Assembly (NCBI GenBank): GCA_900553775.1 | Contig: USEZ01000001.1 | Coordinates: 1-52,483 of the forward strand | Source: an uncultured Slackia sp. | GTDB lineage: Bacteria; Actinomycetota; Coriobacteriia; Coriobacteriales; Eggerthellaceae | DNA: 52,483 nt | Direction of reading: 5' to 3' | Shown: in pieces, positions 29,412-39,828 of the stretch | Position numbering within the stretch: the first letter of the stretch is position 1 | Layout of the letters: every line of letters starts with the position of its first letter | Translations under genes and position numbers: made by a program | Notes under the pieces: model-generated | What the model was told of the DNA's origin: nothing | Database searches by the model: none | What the model saw: the letters and a program-made list of their open reading frames with translations, nothing else

Positions 29412-29589
29412 TTGCTTTCGTTCCTTTCGATACGCGGACGCGTAGAATTTTTCGCAAATTGCAATAATGCCAAAGCCCAGGCCGCGCCGCAAGCGGCAAA
29501 CGATGAGCCGTTGCGCCCCCGTTACGCGGACGAAGCCCGCTGCGGTGCGCACGCCCGCGACACCTGAGCCCTTCCGACACGCGCACGCG

Positions 29590-31197
29590 CTACTTCTTGC
29601 CCTTCAATTTGCGCATGCCGCCCGTTTTCCCCGAAGCGCGGTCTTTCGGATCCTTCTTCTCCTTCATGGCCTTGATGCGATCGTAATCGTACAGCGGTAT
29701 ATGGATGGTGAAGCAGGCGCCTTCGCCCTTCTTGCCCTCCACCTGGACCCATCCGCCATGACGGTCGACGATTTCTTTCACCACGGCCAGGCCCACGCCC
29801 AAACCGCCGCTTTGGCGCTCGCGGCTTTCCTCGGCGCGCCAGAAGCGGTTGAACACCATCTTGCACTCTTCGGGCGAAAGGCCGATGCCCGTGTCGCGCA
29901 CGGCGATCGACGCCATGATGTCGCCCTTGCGCACCACGACCGACACCTTTCCGGGCGAGGGCGTGTAGCGCACCGCGTTGGAGATGAGGTTCGCCGTGGC
30001 CTGGCGGATCATATCGCGGTCGCCGTATACCATGACCTCGTCTTCGGCATCGAATTCAAGCGTGAGGCCGGCGTCGCGCACGAAGGCCTCGTGCGACATG
30101 ACGAGCGGGCGGATCAGCTCGCCCACGTTGATGACCTCTTCGTTCATGGGGGTGGAACGATTTTCAAGGCGCGAAAGGCGCAACAGCGCGTCGACAAGGC
30201 GCCCCAGACGCTGGACCTCGGCGTTCACCGTGCCTAGGCGCTCTTCGTCGGGCTCGAACACGCCGTCGACGATCGCCTCCACCGTGGATTGGATCGCCAT
30301 GAGAGGCGTGCGCAGCTCATGGGCCACATCCATGGTGAGCCGACGTTCGAGCTGCTGGTTTTTCTCGACGCTTTCGGCCATGGCGTCGAAGGTCTTGCCG
30401 AGCTCTGCGATTTCGTCGTTGCCCTCCAGATTGGTGCGGGCCGACAGGTCGCCTTCTTTGATGGCTGCGGCCGTGCGCGTCATGCGGTTGATGGGATTGA
30501 CCAAGCCGCGCGCGAACAAAAAGCCGATGCACGAAGCAAGCACCACCGAAAGCACGGCGGCGAAGGCCATGGCCTGGTAGCTCTGGTTTCTGAACGTCTG
30601 ATCGGCCTTGGAGAGCAGCACTTCGGAGCCGTAGACCCACATATGCACCGAGCCGACCGCCTTGCCGTTTGACAGCACGATCGACGAGGTTGCCACCTTG
30701 TCGTTGCCGTCGGGCGCAAACGACGCCTCGGCGGTGATGTTCTGGAAGCCGCCCGTCGGCGCTCCAGCGCCTTCGGGCAAGGAAGAATCGTAGACCACCT
30801 GGCCGTCTTTGGCCGAAGTGACCTGAATGCCCATGCCTGGCTGCAGCATATGCGCCGATTGTGCGGGCTGCACATCGTCCATACCGATCGGCGGATACCC
30901 GATGTCGGGAGACGACGCGGCCGCATCGAGCGCGGCCTCGTGGTTGGCTTCGTAGCGCGCCGCCACGCTTTCGGCCGTGGCGTCGGCCAGCTCCTGCACG
31001 TTCTCGCGCGTGTACGCCTGGAAATGCTGCTCCCACACATACGAAAGAACGCCCATGGCCACGATAACGGTCATCATGGCCACGAGCGCGAACGTCACGG
31101 TGACGCGCGTCGTGTAGGAGTATTCGAACAGGCGGTCGTGAATCCGGGAAAAGATGCCTTTGCGGTCTTTGGTGGAAGTATCGCCCTTCGGGGCCAT
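29590..31197 (-). CDS. HAMP-domain sensor histidine kinase (BaeS-like)
   Basis: Two TMs, HAMP, DVAHELRTPL, NLISNAVRY, DTGIG, GLGVGL. Confidence 0.95.
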   Translation of the reverse strand: MAPKGDTSTKDRKGIFSRIHDRLFEYSYTTRVTVTFALVAMMTVIVAMGVLSYVWEQHFQAYTRENVQELADATAESVAARYEANHEAALDAAASSPDIGYPPIGMDDVQPAQSAHMLQPGMGIQVTSAKDGQVVYDSSLPEGAGAPTGGFQNITAEASFAPDGNDKVATSSIVLSNGKAVGSVHMWVYGSEVLLSKADQTFRNQSYQAMAFAAVLSVVLASCIGFLFARGLVNPINRMTRTAAAIKEGDLSARTNLEGNDEIAELGKTFDAMAESVEKNQQLERRLTMDVAHELRTPLMAIQSTVEAIVDGVFEPDEERLGTVNAEVQRLGRLVDALLRLSRLENRSTPMNEEVINVGELIRPLVMSHEAFVRDAGLTLEFDAEDEVMVYGDRDMIRQATANLISNAVRYTPSPGKVSVVVRKGDIMASIAVRDTGIGLSPEECKMVFNRFWRAEESRERQSGGLGVGLAVVKEIVDRHGGWVQVEGKKGEGACFTIHIPLYDYDRIKAMKEKKDPKDRASGKTGGMRKLKGKK

Positions 31198-31248
31198 AGC
31201 GCGCGCCGCCTTTCTTGAATGCTCTTCGACGCAGGGGCGTTATGCCTG

Positions 31249-31959
31249 CTAGCTCGTCTGCTTCGTGGGGTCTTCGAATCGATAGCCCACGCCGTGGACC
31301 GTGTGCAGCCATTTGGGGCTGCGCGGGTTGTCGCCAATCTTCGCGCGCAGGTTCTTCACGTGCGAATCGATCGTGCGCTCATAGCCCTCGAAGTCGTAGC
31401 CGAGCACTTTTTCGACCAGCTCCATGCGCGAATACACGCGGCCGGGATAGCGGGAAAGCGTGGTAAGCAGCTTGAATTCGCTGGCCGTGAGGTCGACCTC
31501 CTCGTCGTTGACGAGCACTTTGTGGCCCGACACGTCGATGGTCAGCTCGCCGAATTCGAGCACCTCGCGCTGCGGCTCGGAATCGGCGTGCACGCGGCGC
31601 AGAAGCGCGCGGACGCGCGCCACCAGCTCGCGCGGACTGAAAGGCTTGACCAGGTAGTCGTCAGCGCCCAATTCGAGGCCGATGATGCGGTCCTCCACCT
31701 CGCCTTTGGCGGTCAGCATGATGATGGGCACGTCGGAATTGTCGCGGATGGCGCGGCAGACGCGCTCGCCTGGCACGCGGGGAAGCATGAGGTCGAGCAC
31801 CACCAGGTCGAAGTGGTGCTTGTTGAATTCTTCGAGAGCCTCCTGGCCGTCTCCGGCGGCCGTGACCCAGTAATTTTCACGTTCGAGATAGGCCGCCACA
31901 GCATCGCGGATGGCTTTCTCGTCTTCGACGAGCAGAATGCGGCGAGTTTCATTGCTCAT
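31249..31959 (-). CDS. OmpR-family response regulator
   Basis: LLVEDE, LDLMLP, MLTAK, GADDYLVKPF, RTIDSHVKNLRAKI, TVHGVGY. Confidence 0.96.
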   Translation of the reverse strand: MSNETRRILLVEDEKAIRDAVAAYLERENYWVTAAGDGQEALEEFNKHHFDLVVLDLMLPRVPGERVCRAIRDNSDVPIIMLTAKGEVEDRIIGLELGADDYLVKPFSPRELVARVRALLRRVHADSEPQREVLEFGELTIDVSGHKVLVNDEEVDLTASEFKLLTTLSRYPGRVYSRMELVEKVLGYDFEGYERTIDSHVKNLRAKIGDNPRSPKWLHTVHGVGYRFEDPTKQTS

Positions 31960-32098
31960 AATTGGCACTCCTCCAATTCTCGGGGGGTTTAAACCCTCGC
32001 GCAGGCGGAACGGCCCGCGCGGGCCCGGTTTGGGTTTATTGTAACGATTCGCAGCATGCGCCATGCTCCCTTCGCTGAAAATGACACAATATGAGTCT

Positions 32099-33649
32099 AT
32101 GTCTGAAAGAAAACCGACACCACGCCGCACAGCGGCCTCGCGACCGGCGCGGCCCCGCCATACGCAGCCTGCGCGTTCGCAACGAGCCCGCCGAGATACG
32201 CGGGCTTCTGTCGGCGTTTCCGCAAGCAGGGCGGCAAAAAGCAACCGCAGCGCCCACGGACGCGTCGCCTCGCGCCGCACGCCGATGGCTGAGATGCCCG
32301 CTTTGGCGAAAGGCGCTTCGAGCGCGGCGTTCAAGGCCAGCCACGCCGCCACCGCCCGCGCCGCGGCGGCATCCAAGCCGAAGGCGCGCAGGCTTCCCAG
32401 CCCTCTCGACAACCAGGTGCGCATTCCCCTGCCCGAAGGCGAGCGCACGCTTACGCGACGCCAGCTGCTTGTCGGCGCCGTAGGCATCGGCGCGCTGATC
32501 GCCGTGGGCGCAGGCGCGCAGGCCGTCTCGAAATCGCATGAGGCGGCAAGCGCCGTCGACACGATCGAGGTTCCCGCCGACGCGGTGGCCTCTTTGAGCG
32601 GCGGCACGTACGCCGCACTCGACGGCGACGCCCCGCTTGCCCTCGCGGGCGAATACAAGCTCCCCTACGGAACGCTCGTCTGGGCGAACTGCGATTCATA
32701 TGCGGCATGCCTTCTTCCCACCGAAGGAGCCGATCCGCTCACCCAGGCGGGCATCGTCTCGCTTGCCGACGGCGCAGTGACGGTGGCGCTGCCCGAACCC
32801 GCAAGCAGCGAACGCGGATTCGACATCTACGACGTGCGCTGCGACGAGCACGGCATGGTGTGGGTGGAGGCGAACTGCCTTTCGGGCGAATGGCGCATCT
32901 ATCAGGCGCCGCACAGCAAGGGTGCGATCGGGTCGGCCCTGCTCGTCGATTCCGGCACCGCCGATTACGACGTGCCGTTCATCGCCGCAGCCGGCGGGCG
33001 GGCGTTTTGGCAGGTCGCGCCCGATGCGAGCGGCGCCGCGGCCGCCGAGGCGTCGCTGCTTAAATCCGCCGCGTTCGGCTCGTCCGACGTGCGCGAAGAC
33101 TGGCGCTCGAACGGGCGCATGGGCACGCCGATCTATGCGGCGGGCGACGGCGTGGTGATCGCGCCGCGCGTCGACGCGACAGGAACGTATTACCGGCTCA
33201 CGCTCATCGACGCCGCAAGCGGGCAGATGAAAGATTCCCTCACGCTGCCAAGCGGCATGAAACCGCTCGAAGCGGGATATGTCGACGGGCGCTTCACGTT
33301 CTCGTTCGACGCCGGCTATCAAGACCACGGCGGATTGTCGAGCATCGGCACGTACATCCCCGTGGACAAAGGCGGCGCGGACGGCGGATCGTGGTTCTGC
33401 TTCGACCGCAACCCCACTGCGGCGCCGGCATGGGCAGGCACGTATTTCATGGTGAAGTCGACCCGCACGGTCAGCGGGGTCGATTTGGCGGCAGGCACAT
33501 ACTTCTCGCTGCCCTGCCCCGACGGCAGCGACGATTACGGCGATTATCTTGCCAGCACGGGAACCGCGAAATCGCTGGTCACCTACGTGGCCATGCCCGC
33601 AGCGGACGACACGGAGGCCTATACCCTCTTGCGCGTGTGGAACGCGTAA
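32099..33649 (+). CDS. Exported/membrane-anchored protein with long basic N-terminus and internal twin-arginine-like motif
   Basis: R/A/S-rich first ~115 aa, then LTRRQLLVGAVG plus a hydrophobic helix and a beta-rich domain; start uncertain. Confidence 0.65.
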   Translation: MSERKPTPRRTAASRPARPRHTQPARSQRARRDTRASVGVSASRAAKSNRSAHGRVASRRTPMAEMPALAKGASSAAFKASHAATARAAAASKPKARRLPSPLDNQVRIPLPEGERTLTRRQLLVGAVGIGALIAVGAGAQAVSKSHEAASAVDTIEVPADAVASLSGGTYAALDGDAPLALAGEYKLPYGTLVWANCDSYAACLLPTEGADPLTQAGIVSLADGAVTVALPEPASSERGFDIYDVRCDEHGMVWVEANCLSGEWRIYQAPHSKGAIGSALLVDSGTADYDVPFIAAAGGRAFWQVAPDASGAAAAEASLLKSAAFGSSDVREDWRSNGRMGTPIYAAGDGVVIAPRVDATGTYYRLTLIDAASGQMKDSLTLPSGMKPLEAGYVDGRFTFSFDAGYQDHGGLSSIGTYIPVDKGGADGGSWFCFDRNPTAAPAWAGTYFMVKSTRTVSGVDLAAGTYFSLPCPDGSDDYGDYLASTGTAKSLVTYVAMPAADDTEAYTLLRVWNA

Positions 33650-34242
33650 GGCGCAGTCCCGCCGCTCGATGAAGCCGGAGCCGCGAGCGCAAGGCTGCAG
33701 CTCCGAGGGCAAGACCGCAGCGCCGCGCGCAAGATGCGGCTCCGAGGACAAAAAATGACGCTTATGCCGCAACTTTCCCGCGTGACACAGAAGGCGGCGG
33801 GCAAATAGCGCCGCTCGCCGCCGAAAACATACCGTTTACCCGCCATAAAACGTCAGTAGCCGCGCCTGAAGCCTTCTCGGCGTGGCACAGGCGCAAAAAA
33901 CCGGACTGAACCCCCGAATTCCTGACAAAAAGCGGCTTCGATCACGCGATTCGATGCGAAACCGGCCTGGTTCACCTGCGATTGTAGGAATCGAGCGGCC
34001 GCATCGCAAAAGGCAACAACACCTCAAGCGCGGGAATCATTTCGGCTTCCTTACACGCTGCGGAAGAGCCCGATCGTCCTGATATGGCCGAAGTCCGTCT
34101 CGTAGGGGTCGACCGCCTCGGGAATTCCGTCAAGCACGCCGAACCCGGCTCTACGATGCGTAGGTTGGCGAACGACGCGCAGGTGCGGATAATCCTTTCA
34201 GGCGCCCATCTTCACAACGAAGCGAACCCGAAAGGACATCCC

Positions 34243-34869
34243 ATGAGCACCTACTTGACCGCGGATGCCATCCGCAACCTGCGCGAGGCGCGCGGGCTCA
34301 CCCAGCGGCAGCTCGCCGAGCGGATCGGCGTGACCGACAAGGCCGTTTCCAAATGGGAATCGGGCCGCGGCCTGCCCGATATCTCGCTTATCGAAAACCT
34401 GGCCGAAGCGCTCGGCGTATCGGTCGCCGAGCTTTTGACGGGCGACGTGCGCGAGAACGCCAACCGGGCGGGCAATATGCTGCGCAGCAAATTCTACGTG
34501 TGCCCTATCTGTGGAAACGTCATCCACTCCATGGGCGAAGGGGCGTTTTCGTGCTGCGGCGTGAACCTTGCGCCGTGCGAAGCCGAACAGGCGGCCGAAG
34601 ACGACGCGCACGCGTTCGCGGTCGAGCGCGTGGAAAACGACTGGTACGTCACGCTCGACCATCCCATGACCAAAGACCACTTCATCAGCTTCGTCGCATA
34701 CGTGACCGACGACGGCATCTGCATGAAGAAGCTCTACCCCGAGCAGCTTGTGCAGCCGCGCTTCCATATGCAAGGCGGCGGATGGATATATCTGTATTGC
34801 AACCGCCACGGCCTGTTCAAAATGAAAACCCCGCGCATCGAGCGCCCGAAGCGCCCCGGCCTGCCCTAA
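34243..34869 (+). CDS. XRE-HTH regulator fused to a desulfoferrodoxin-like domain
   Basis: GLTQRQLAERIGVTDKAVSKWESGRG; CPICGN...CCG; HPMTKDHFI; YCNRHGL. Confidence 0.88.
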   Translation: MSTYLTADAIRNLREARGLTQRQLAERIGVTDKAVSKWESGRGLPDISLIENLAEALGVSVAELLTGDVRENANRAGNMLRSKFYVCPICGNVIHSMGEGAFSCCGVNLAPCEAEQAAEDDAHAFAVERVENDWYVTLDHPMTKDHFISFVAYVTDDGICMKKLYPEQLVQPRFHMQGGGWIYLYCNRHGLFKMKTPRIERPKRPGLP

Positions 34870-34968
34870 GACCGCCCTCATGAAGCCCGCCGCCCGCGAC
34901 ATCGCAGCGAGCGGCGGGCAACGACGGCAATCGGCAGGAGCGTCGAACGCCTTGCGCGAAAACGCACG

Positions 34969-36081
34969 CTAGGCGCGGCCGGCGCTCCACGCCTCGACCC
35001 TGGCAACCAGGTGCGCGAATCCGGCATCTTCCCTCAGGAAAGCATACTTCTCGCTTGCGCGCAGGTCGCGAAGCACGAACTCCGCGATGCGCTGGGCGAA
35101 ATCGGAGACGTCGGCCATGTCGGTTCCTCGGTACAGCACGCTGTTCGCCATCGTGCGCGATCCGGCTTCGATGCTTTTCAGCATGTCTTCCAGAATTTCA
35201 AGGCATGCCGCGGTGTCATGGCGGGCCGCCGCAACCTCGAACAACGACGCGTCGGACATCCATGCGGGCACATCGCAGAGCCGCATGATCGACGAACACC
35301 GTTGCGCCACCTCGAAGGCGTCGTCAAGACGGTCTTGCTCGACGGCGATTTCGACCAGAGACGACAGCGCCGTCTGCAAATCGCTCGACAGGCGCACCAC
35401 GCGACGCTGCCATATGCTTCGAGCCTCGGACAGGCGGCCGATTCGCGCGTAAATGGCGGCTTGGCGCTCTTCTTTTTCGAGCGCATACGGGGCCGCATCA
35501 GGCAGTGTATCGACCAGCTCCTGCGCCTGCTCGTAGTCTTCATCCTTCATCGCCTGCGCTATCAGCATGCCCGTCGCCATTTCGCGCACGGCGGGCTCGG
35601 CGCTCGAAGCCAGGCGCCGGTAGTTCGCATCGATCGTCGAACGGTATTCCTCCCATTTGCCGCTCGACGTCGCTCCCACGCCATCGGCATCTGCGCATTC
35701 GGGCTCTCCGTAAAGAGACAAGGCCCCGTCGAGATACATCGTCAAAATGCAAGCGAGCTGATCGCATGCGGGATATTCGCGCATGGCGTCGACGGCATAG
35801 CGAAAACCGGCGTCGTAGCCCCCTTCGCGCACAAGGCGATCGGCCTCGCGCTGGATGGCGATGTTCTGCTCCTGAGTGATGTCTTCTTGAAACGACAGCA
35901 GCGTGTTCGCGTCGGTTTTCAGCAGGCGCGCAAGCACGGGGATCAGCGTGATATCGGGATAGCTCGCCCCGCGCTCCCATTTATTCACCGCGGGCGTCGA
36001 AACCCCCAGGCGCATTGCCACCTGCTCTTGCGTCATGCCAAGCTCGAGGCGCTTCGCGCGAATGACTTCGTTGATTTTCAT
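34969..36081 (-). CDS. XRE-HTH regulator with helical (TPR-like) C-terminus
   Basis: GMTQEQVAMRLGVSTPAVNKWERGASYPDI; GAAGGGA RBS. Confidence 0.85.
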   Translation of the reverse strand: MKINEVIRAKRLELGMTQEQVAMRLGVSTPAVNKWERGASYPDITLIPVLARLLKTDANTLLSFQEDITQEQNIAIQREADRLVREGGYDAGFRYAVDAMREYPACDQLACILTMYLDGALSLYGEPECADADGVGATSSGKWEEYRSTIDANYRRLASSAEPAVREMATGMLIAQAMKDEDYEQAQELVDTLPDAAPYALEKEERQAAIYARIGRLSEARSIWQRRVVRLSSDLQTALSSLVEIAVEQDRLDDAFEVAQRCSSIMRLCDVPAWMSDASLFEVAAARHDTAACLEILEDMLKSIEAGSRTMANSVLYRGTDMADVSDFAQRIAEFVLRDLRASEKYAFLREDAGFAHLVARVEAWSAGRA

Positions 36082-36190
36082 GGTTGTCCCTTCGGTCGAA
36101 AGCAGATTCGGTCGGCATGCCTTGGCTCCATTTGACCGGATAGGCAAACGGCACGCAATTGAAGATATGGCGCGATGCAAGCGCAAGAAA

Positions 36191-36205
36191 TTAACCGTTG
36201 GTTAA
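36191..36205. promoter_or_regulatory. Palindrome TTAACC-N3-GGTTAA, candidate operator of the XRE regulator
   Basis: AT-rich perfect palindrome about 110 bp upstream of the XRE start. Confidence 0.45.
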
Positions 36206-36404
36206 ATGCGTAAGGCGCATCGTCGCCCGAAACCCTTAGAGACAGAATGTCAGGTCTATTCGACATTTCATACTTTCAAAAGCAAATTGTCAGGTTGACT
36301 CGACATTTTTCACCCAGGCGAAAGCCCTCGAGAGCCTATTCCGTTTTCATCGAAGACGCACGGCGGCGCATACGTCCGGTTCAGCTCCGAAATGTGCGAA
36401 CCCA

Positions 36405-36942
36405 TCAGCGACCTTTATGCTTGCGCTTGCGTTTCTCCTGGCGCAGGGCGAAGCGAACGTCGGCATCGGCCTTCTTGCGGGCGGAGCGAGCATGGAGACG
36501 GTCGTCTTTGGCCGCTTCGCTCGCTGAAGCGCGTGAAGGCATCGCGCTTCATTTGCTTGCGCACGTTTCGCTAGCGACGTTTGGGGTTCTTGGGCGGCGA
36601 GGGAACCTCGATACGCGCGGCGCCGCTCGCAAGAAAACCGCCTGTGCCCGCATCACGCGCAGAAGAGACTGGGGCGCAGCAGCCCTCTGCCGCGCGGCCG
36701 TATGAAGCAACGCCGGCCGCAGCCTCGCACATACGCGATGCGGCATCGTACAAGTCGGGAAAACACAGACGGTCCCAGGCGCGACTCAAAACGAGCTGCT
36801 CTATTTCCTCATTGGACGGCTCCGCGCCGAACACGATGCGGGAAGCGAAAAGCCTTCCGTCTTCGATGCGCTGAACGACCCCCACCCAGAATCGGCCGTC
36901 GTGAAAGACGGTCAGGGTGCACGACACGCTGATCTTCCGCAT
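36405..36942 (-). pseudogene. yjdF: yjdF (DUF2992) gene disrupted by a nonsense codon and a frameshift
   Basis: LTVFHDGRFWVGV..IVFGAEPS N-terminus; NPKRR*(TAG at 36571); family C-terminus FALRQEKRKRKHKGR* lies in another frame ending at 36405. Confidence 0.8.
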
Positions 36943-36969
36943 GGCAATCCTCCTTTATGTAGAACCATG

Positions 36970-37070
36970 CGGAGAAGGGACAACCAAGGAGGCAGGTTAC
37001 TGACGAAAGCTCGCGATGGCCGGCGGCTTTCGCGCCTCGACTACCCGACGAGACCGTGTTTTCATCTCCG
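36970..37070 (-). ncRNA. yjdF (azaaromatic) riboswitch
   Basis: GAUGAAAACAC...GGUAGUC...GUCAGUAACCUGCCUCCUUGGUUGUCC with closing CGGAGA/UCUCCG stem, directly upstream of yjdF. Confidence 0.88.
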
Positions 37071-37559
37071 ATTCCGCCAGTATAGCGCTTGCCAGCTCGC
37101 CCAGGGCCTCTTCTTTCAAGCGCCCAGCCTCAGCAACGACCGAAGGTACAATAGACGGCCCGGGCAGCGTCGCTTTTGACCACAGCCAAAATCTGCAATA
37201 GATTTATGCGAACATATAAGAGGATTCATGACCCGCATAGAAAATACGCAGGAAATCGGACGAACCATCCGCGAAGGCCATTGGTTCGAATCCAGACCAC
37301 GTGGCCAAAATCTTAATTTTGAACTGGTAAAACAGTTCAAGGCCTTTCTTTTATCTGCCTCTGAGGACGAGTGGCTGTGTCATCATCCGCATAAAACGAT
37401 ACCCTTGCTGGTAAGCAACTGGTCTCCACGCCTTCGCAGAAATCATCTTTTGCTTGGCCTAGAGACGTCAGTCGAGGTGACCGGAAAGACCGAAATGATG
37501 AGTTGCATCTCTGTTATCAAGCGGGTTGTGGGAAACGCGGCTTCTCATCCTGGACAGGT

Positions 37560-38348
37560 TCACTGGCCTGCTGGAATATTAGATAACAGGCATATCTGTT
37601 TTTTGCTGAAAACCAGTGAGCAGATAGCGCTTCGGTTCACCCGCTGAATTGAGCGCCAGTTGCCCGCCACAACAAAGGAATAGCTCCGATGGTTATATAG
37701 AAAACCCCTAATCTGCCCGAAAACATTTGGATCTCGGCAAGCAAGAACCAAGCAGTAACGATTGCTCTCGGGAAGGCTTTCAAGATAGAACTCCGCTCTT
37801 TTCTCATCGTAGAACTTCCTGCATAGACGACACTCGATGAGCTTGTCGCCGGATACAAACTGGGTGTACATGCGCGAACTTCGACTATCGAAAAGCATGT
37901 CCGCAACACGCGTGCCGCCATAATAACTTGAGGAAGGAAGCTGTTTAAGCAGGTCGTATGTCTGGCGAATGGTCCGCGGAACCCCTTGCTCCTTGGGTTC
38001 CAAATCCGTTCTAGCAGATGGGCGGATTGCCGTGTGGTTCGTATGCGACGACGAGCCTTTATCAGCACTCATAAAGTTGGAAAGAATGCAGTGGAAATCG
38101 AACTTCCGCTCGTCATATCGCTCCTTCGGACTTGCTGCGTTTTTCGCGAAGGGGCAACCCTCACGATGCGGATGGCTGGGAAGAGCACGGAAATAGGGGT
38201 TCCTTATTCCGTTGCGCATTACTGGCGTAAGCCAGGCAAGACAATCCGGGTCGGGGCAATAGTACGTCTTTCCTGCGGGCTCGCTATAAAGGTCTTCGGC
38301 GGCAACTTCATCGCTTTTGTCTGGCTTACGGTAGGCATACGTTGACAT
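37560..38348 (-). CDS. Hypothetical protein with N-terminal Cys/His zinc-finger-like motif (CoiA-N-like)
   Basis: YYCPDPDC...PYFR....HPH..GCPF; AAGGAG RBS. Confidence 0.7.
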   Translation of the reverse strand: MSTYAYRKPDKSDEVAAEDLYSEPAGKTYYCPDPDCLAWLTPVMRNGIRNPYFRALPSHPHREGCPFAKNAASPKERYDERKFDFHCILSNFMSADKGSSSHTNHTAIRPSARTDLEPKEQGVPRTIRQTYDLLKQLPSSSYYGGTRVADMLFDSRSSRMYTQFVSGDKLIECRLCRKFYDEKRAEFYLESLPESNRYCLVLACRDPNVFGQIRGFLYNHRSYSFVVAGNWRSIQRVNRSAICSLVFSKKQICLLSNIPAGQ

Positions 38349-38432
38349 AGCGTCTCCTTTTATGCGAATGAATTCGTATGCAGATATCAATACGAACATT
38401 GCGGCACGAAGCCACTTCGGGGCTTGGCGGCG

Positions 38433-38660
38433 CTAACCACGTGGAGGACAGGGGTCGCTACCATGAGAATCACGAGCTCGAATCCTGCCATCCGGCCGAT
38501 GAATGAAGACTTCTGAACTTTGATTACGTGCTATATCGCGCGCTATACGAATTGCCTCCCCTTGCGTTCTGGTCACCGCAGTCGCTCGTAAAGACTTCTC
38601 TGCCTTAACCTGCCAATTGCCATCTGGCCGCGGGGTAACATGCTGGTTCTTGGATGTCAT
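38433..38660 (-). CDS. DUF2188 family protein
   Basis: NQHVTPRPDGNWQVK.E...RAT....TQ.EAI..AR.IARNQ..EV.IH..DGRIR..DSHG.DP.PPRG. Confidence 0.88.
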   Translation of the reverse strand: MTSKNQHVTPRPDGNWQVKAEKSLRATAVTRTQGEAIRIARDIARNQSSEVFIHRPDGRIRARDSHGSDPCPPRG

Positions 38661-38793
38661 TCTTCTCCAATCTTTCGTTATGGAGCGGGTCGATTCCACT
38701 CTATTTTGTTTTGCTTAATCATATATTATTTGTCCCAAATTACAATTACTTGTCCCATGCTATACTTCTATCGCAAACAAGAAGGGGGTCGGT

Positions 38794-39825
38794 ATGAAAA
38801 AAAGAGACGTTGTTGAACTCATCAGATGTCATGCCGAAGGCAACGATAAGGGCTTCCGCGACGAATCCATAAGCATCGCACGTGAATTTGCGGCATCGGG
38901 CGACCAGCGCCTTGCCGAGTACATTATGGCGCTGCTATCAAATGCAAATACGCTATCTCCTCAGTTCGACGGTCAGCCAGGTTTTCTGACCGCGGTATCG
39001 AGCGCCACATCGGCACTGCCTCTTCCAGATCCGATCGCTGATGACGTTAGCGGAATCATCAACGCCCTCCGTTCGTCCATTGGTGTCAACAAGTTCCTCT
39101 TTTATGGACCGCCGGGCACGGGGAAGACGGAAGCGGTAAAACAGGTTGCCCGCATTCTTGATCGAGATTTGTTTATGGTCGATTTCGATGTTGTAATCGA
39201 TAGCAAGCTTGGGCAGACGAGCAAGAACATCACGTCCTTGTTCAAAGAAATCTCCGGGTTCGCGCAACCAGGGCGGGCCATCGTGCTATTTGACGAAATC
39301 GATGCTCTGGCGCTTGACCGCACAAGCGATAACGATGTGCGCGAGATGGGACGTGCAACATCGATTTTGCTCCGGGAACTTGATAGACTGGACGGTTCTA
39401 TCGCAGTTTTCGCGACGACCAACCTGCACGATTCGTTTGATAAAGCCCTGTTGCGTCGCTTTGATGCATGCATAGACTTCGGCCGTTATGCACGCTCGGA
39501 CCTTGAGGAGGTTGCTGAGTTCATTCTTGATGCGATGCTTTCGAAATATAACAGCCCAGCGAGAGACGTGCGCATCTTCAAGAAGATTCTCTCACAGCAA
39601 AAAACACTACCGTATCCGGCGGATCTCCTGAATATCATCAAAACGAGCGTCGCATTTTCAGAACCGGGAAGCAAATACGATTACCTGCGTCGCCTTTACC
39701 TTCAATTGACGGGAGAAGCATCCGTAACCCCCGAGGTGTTGAGGAGCCAGGGGTTCACAATGCGCGAGATAGAGAAGCTCACGGGTGTTTCGAAAAGTTC
39801 GGTATCACGTACGCTGAATGGATAG
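38794..39825 (+). CDS. ietA: IetA-like AAA+ ATPase with C-terminal HTH
   Basis: GPPGTGKT, SKLGQTSKN, VLFDEIDA, DVREMGR, TTN..DKALLRRFD; C-terminal GFTMREIEKLTGVSKSSVSR. Confidence 0.85.
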   Translation: MKKRDVVELIRCHAEGNDKGFRDESISIAREFAASGDQRLAEYIMALLSNANTLSPQFDGQPGFLTAVSSATSALPLPDPIADDVSGIINALRSSIGVNKFLFYGPPGTGKTEAVKQVARILDRDLFMVDFDVVIDSKLGQTSKNITSLFKEISGFAQPGRAIVLFDEIDALALDRTSDNDVREMGRATSILLRELDRLDGSIAVFATTNLHDSFDKALLRRFDACIDFGRYARSDLEEVAEFILDAMLSKYNSPARDVRIFKKILSQQKTLPYPADLLNIIKTSVAFSEPGSKYDYLRRLYLQLTGEASVTPEVLRSQGFTMREIEKLTGVSKSSVSRTLNG

Positions 39826-39828
39826 AGT

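Noticed and set aside
37276..37310. Complete tRNA gene
   Set aside because: Only a T-arm/CCA-like part is present; no D or anticodon arms and no matching acceptor 5' strand.
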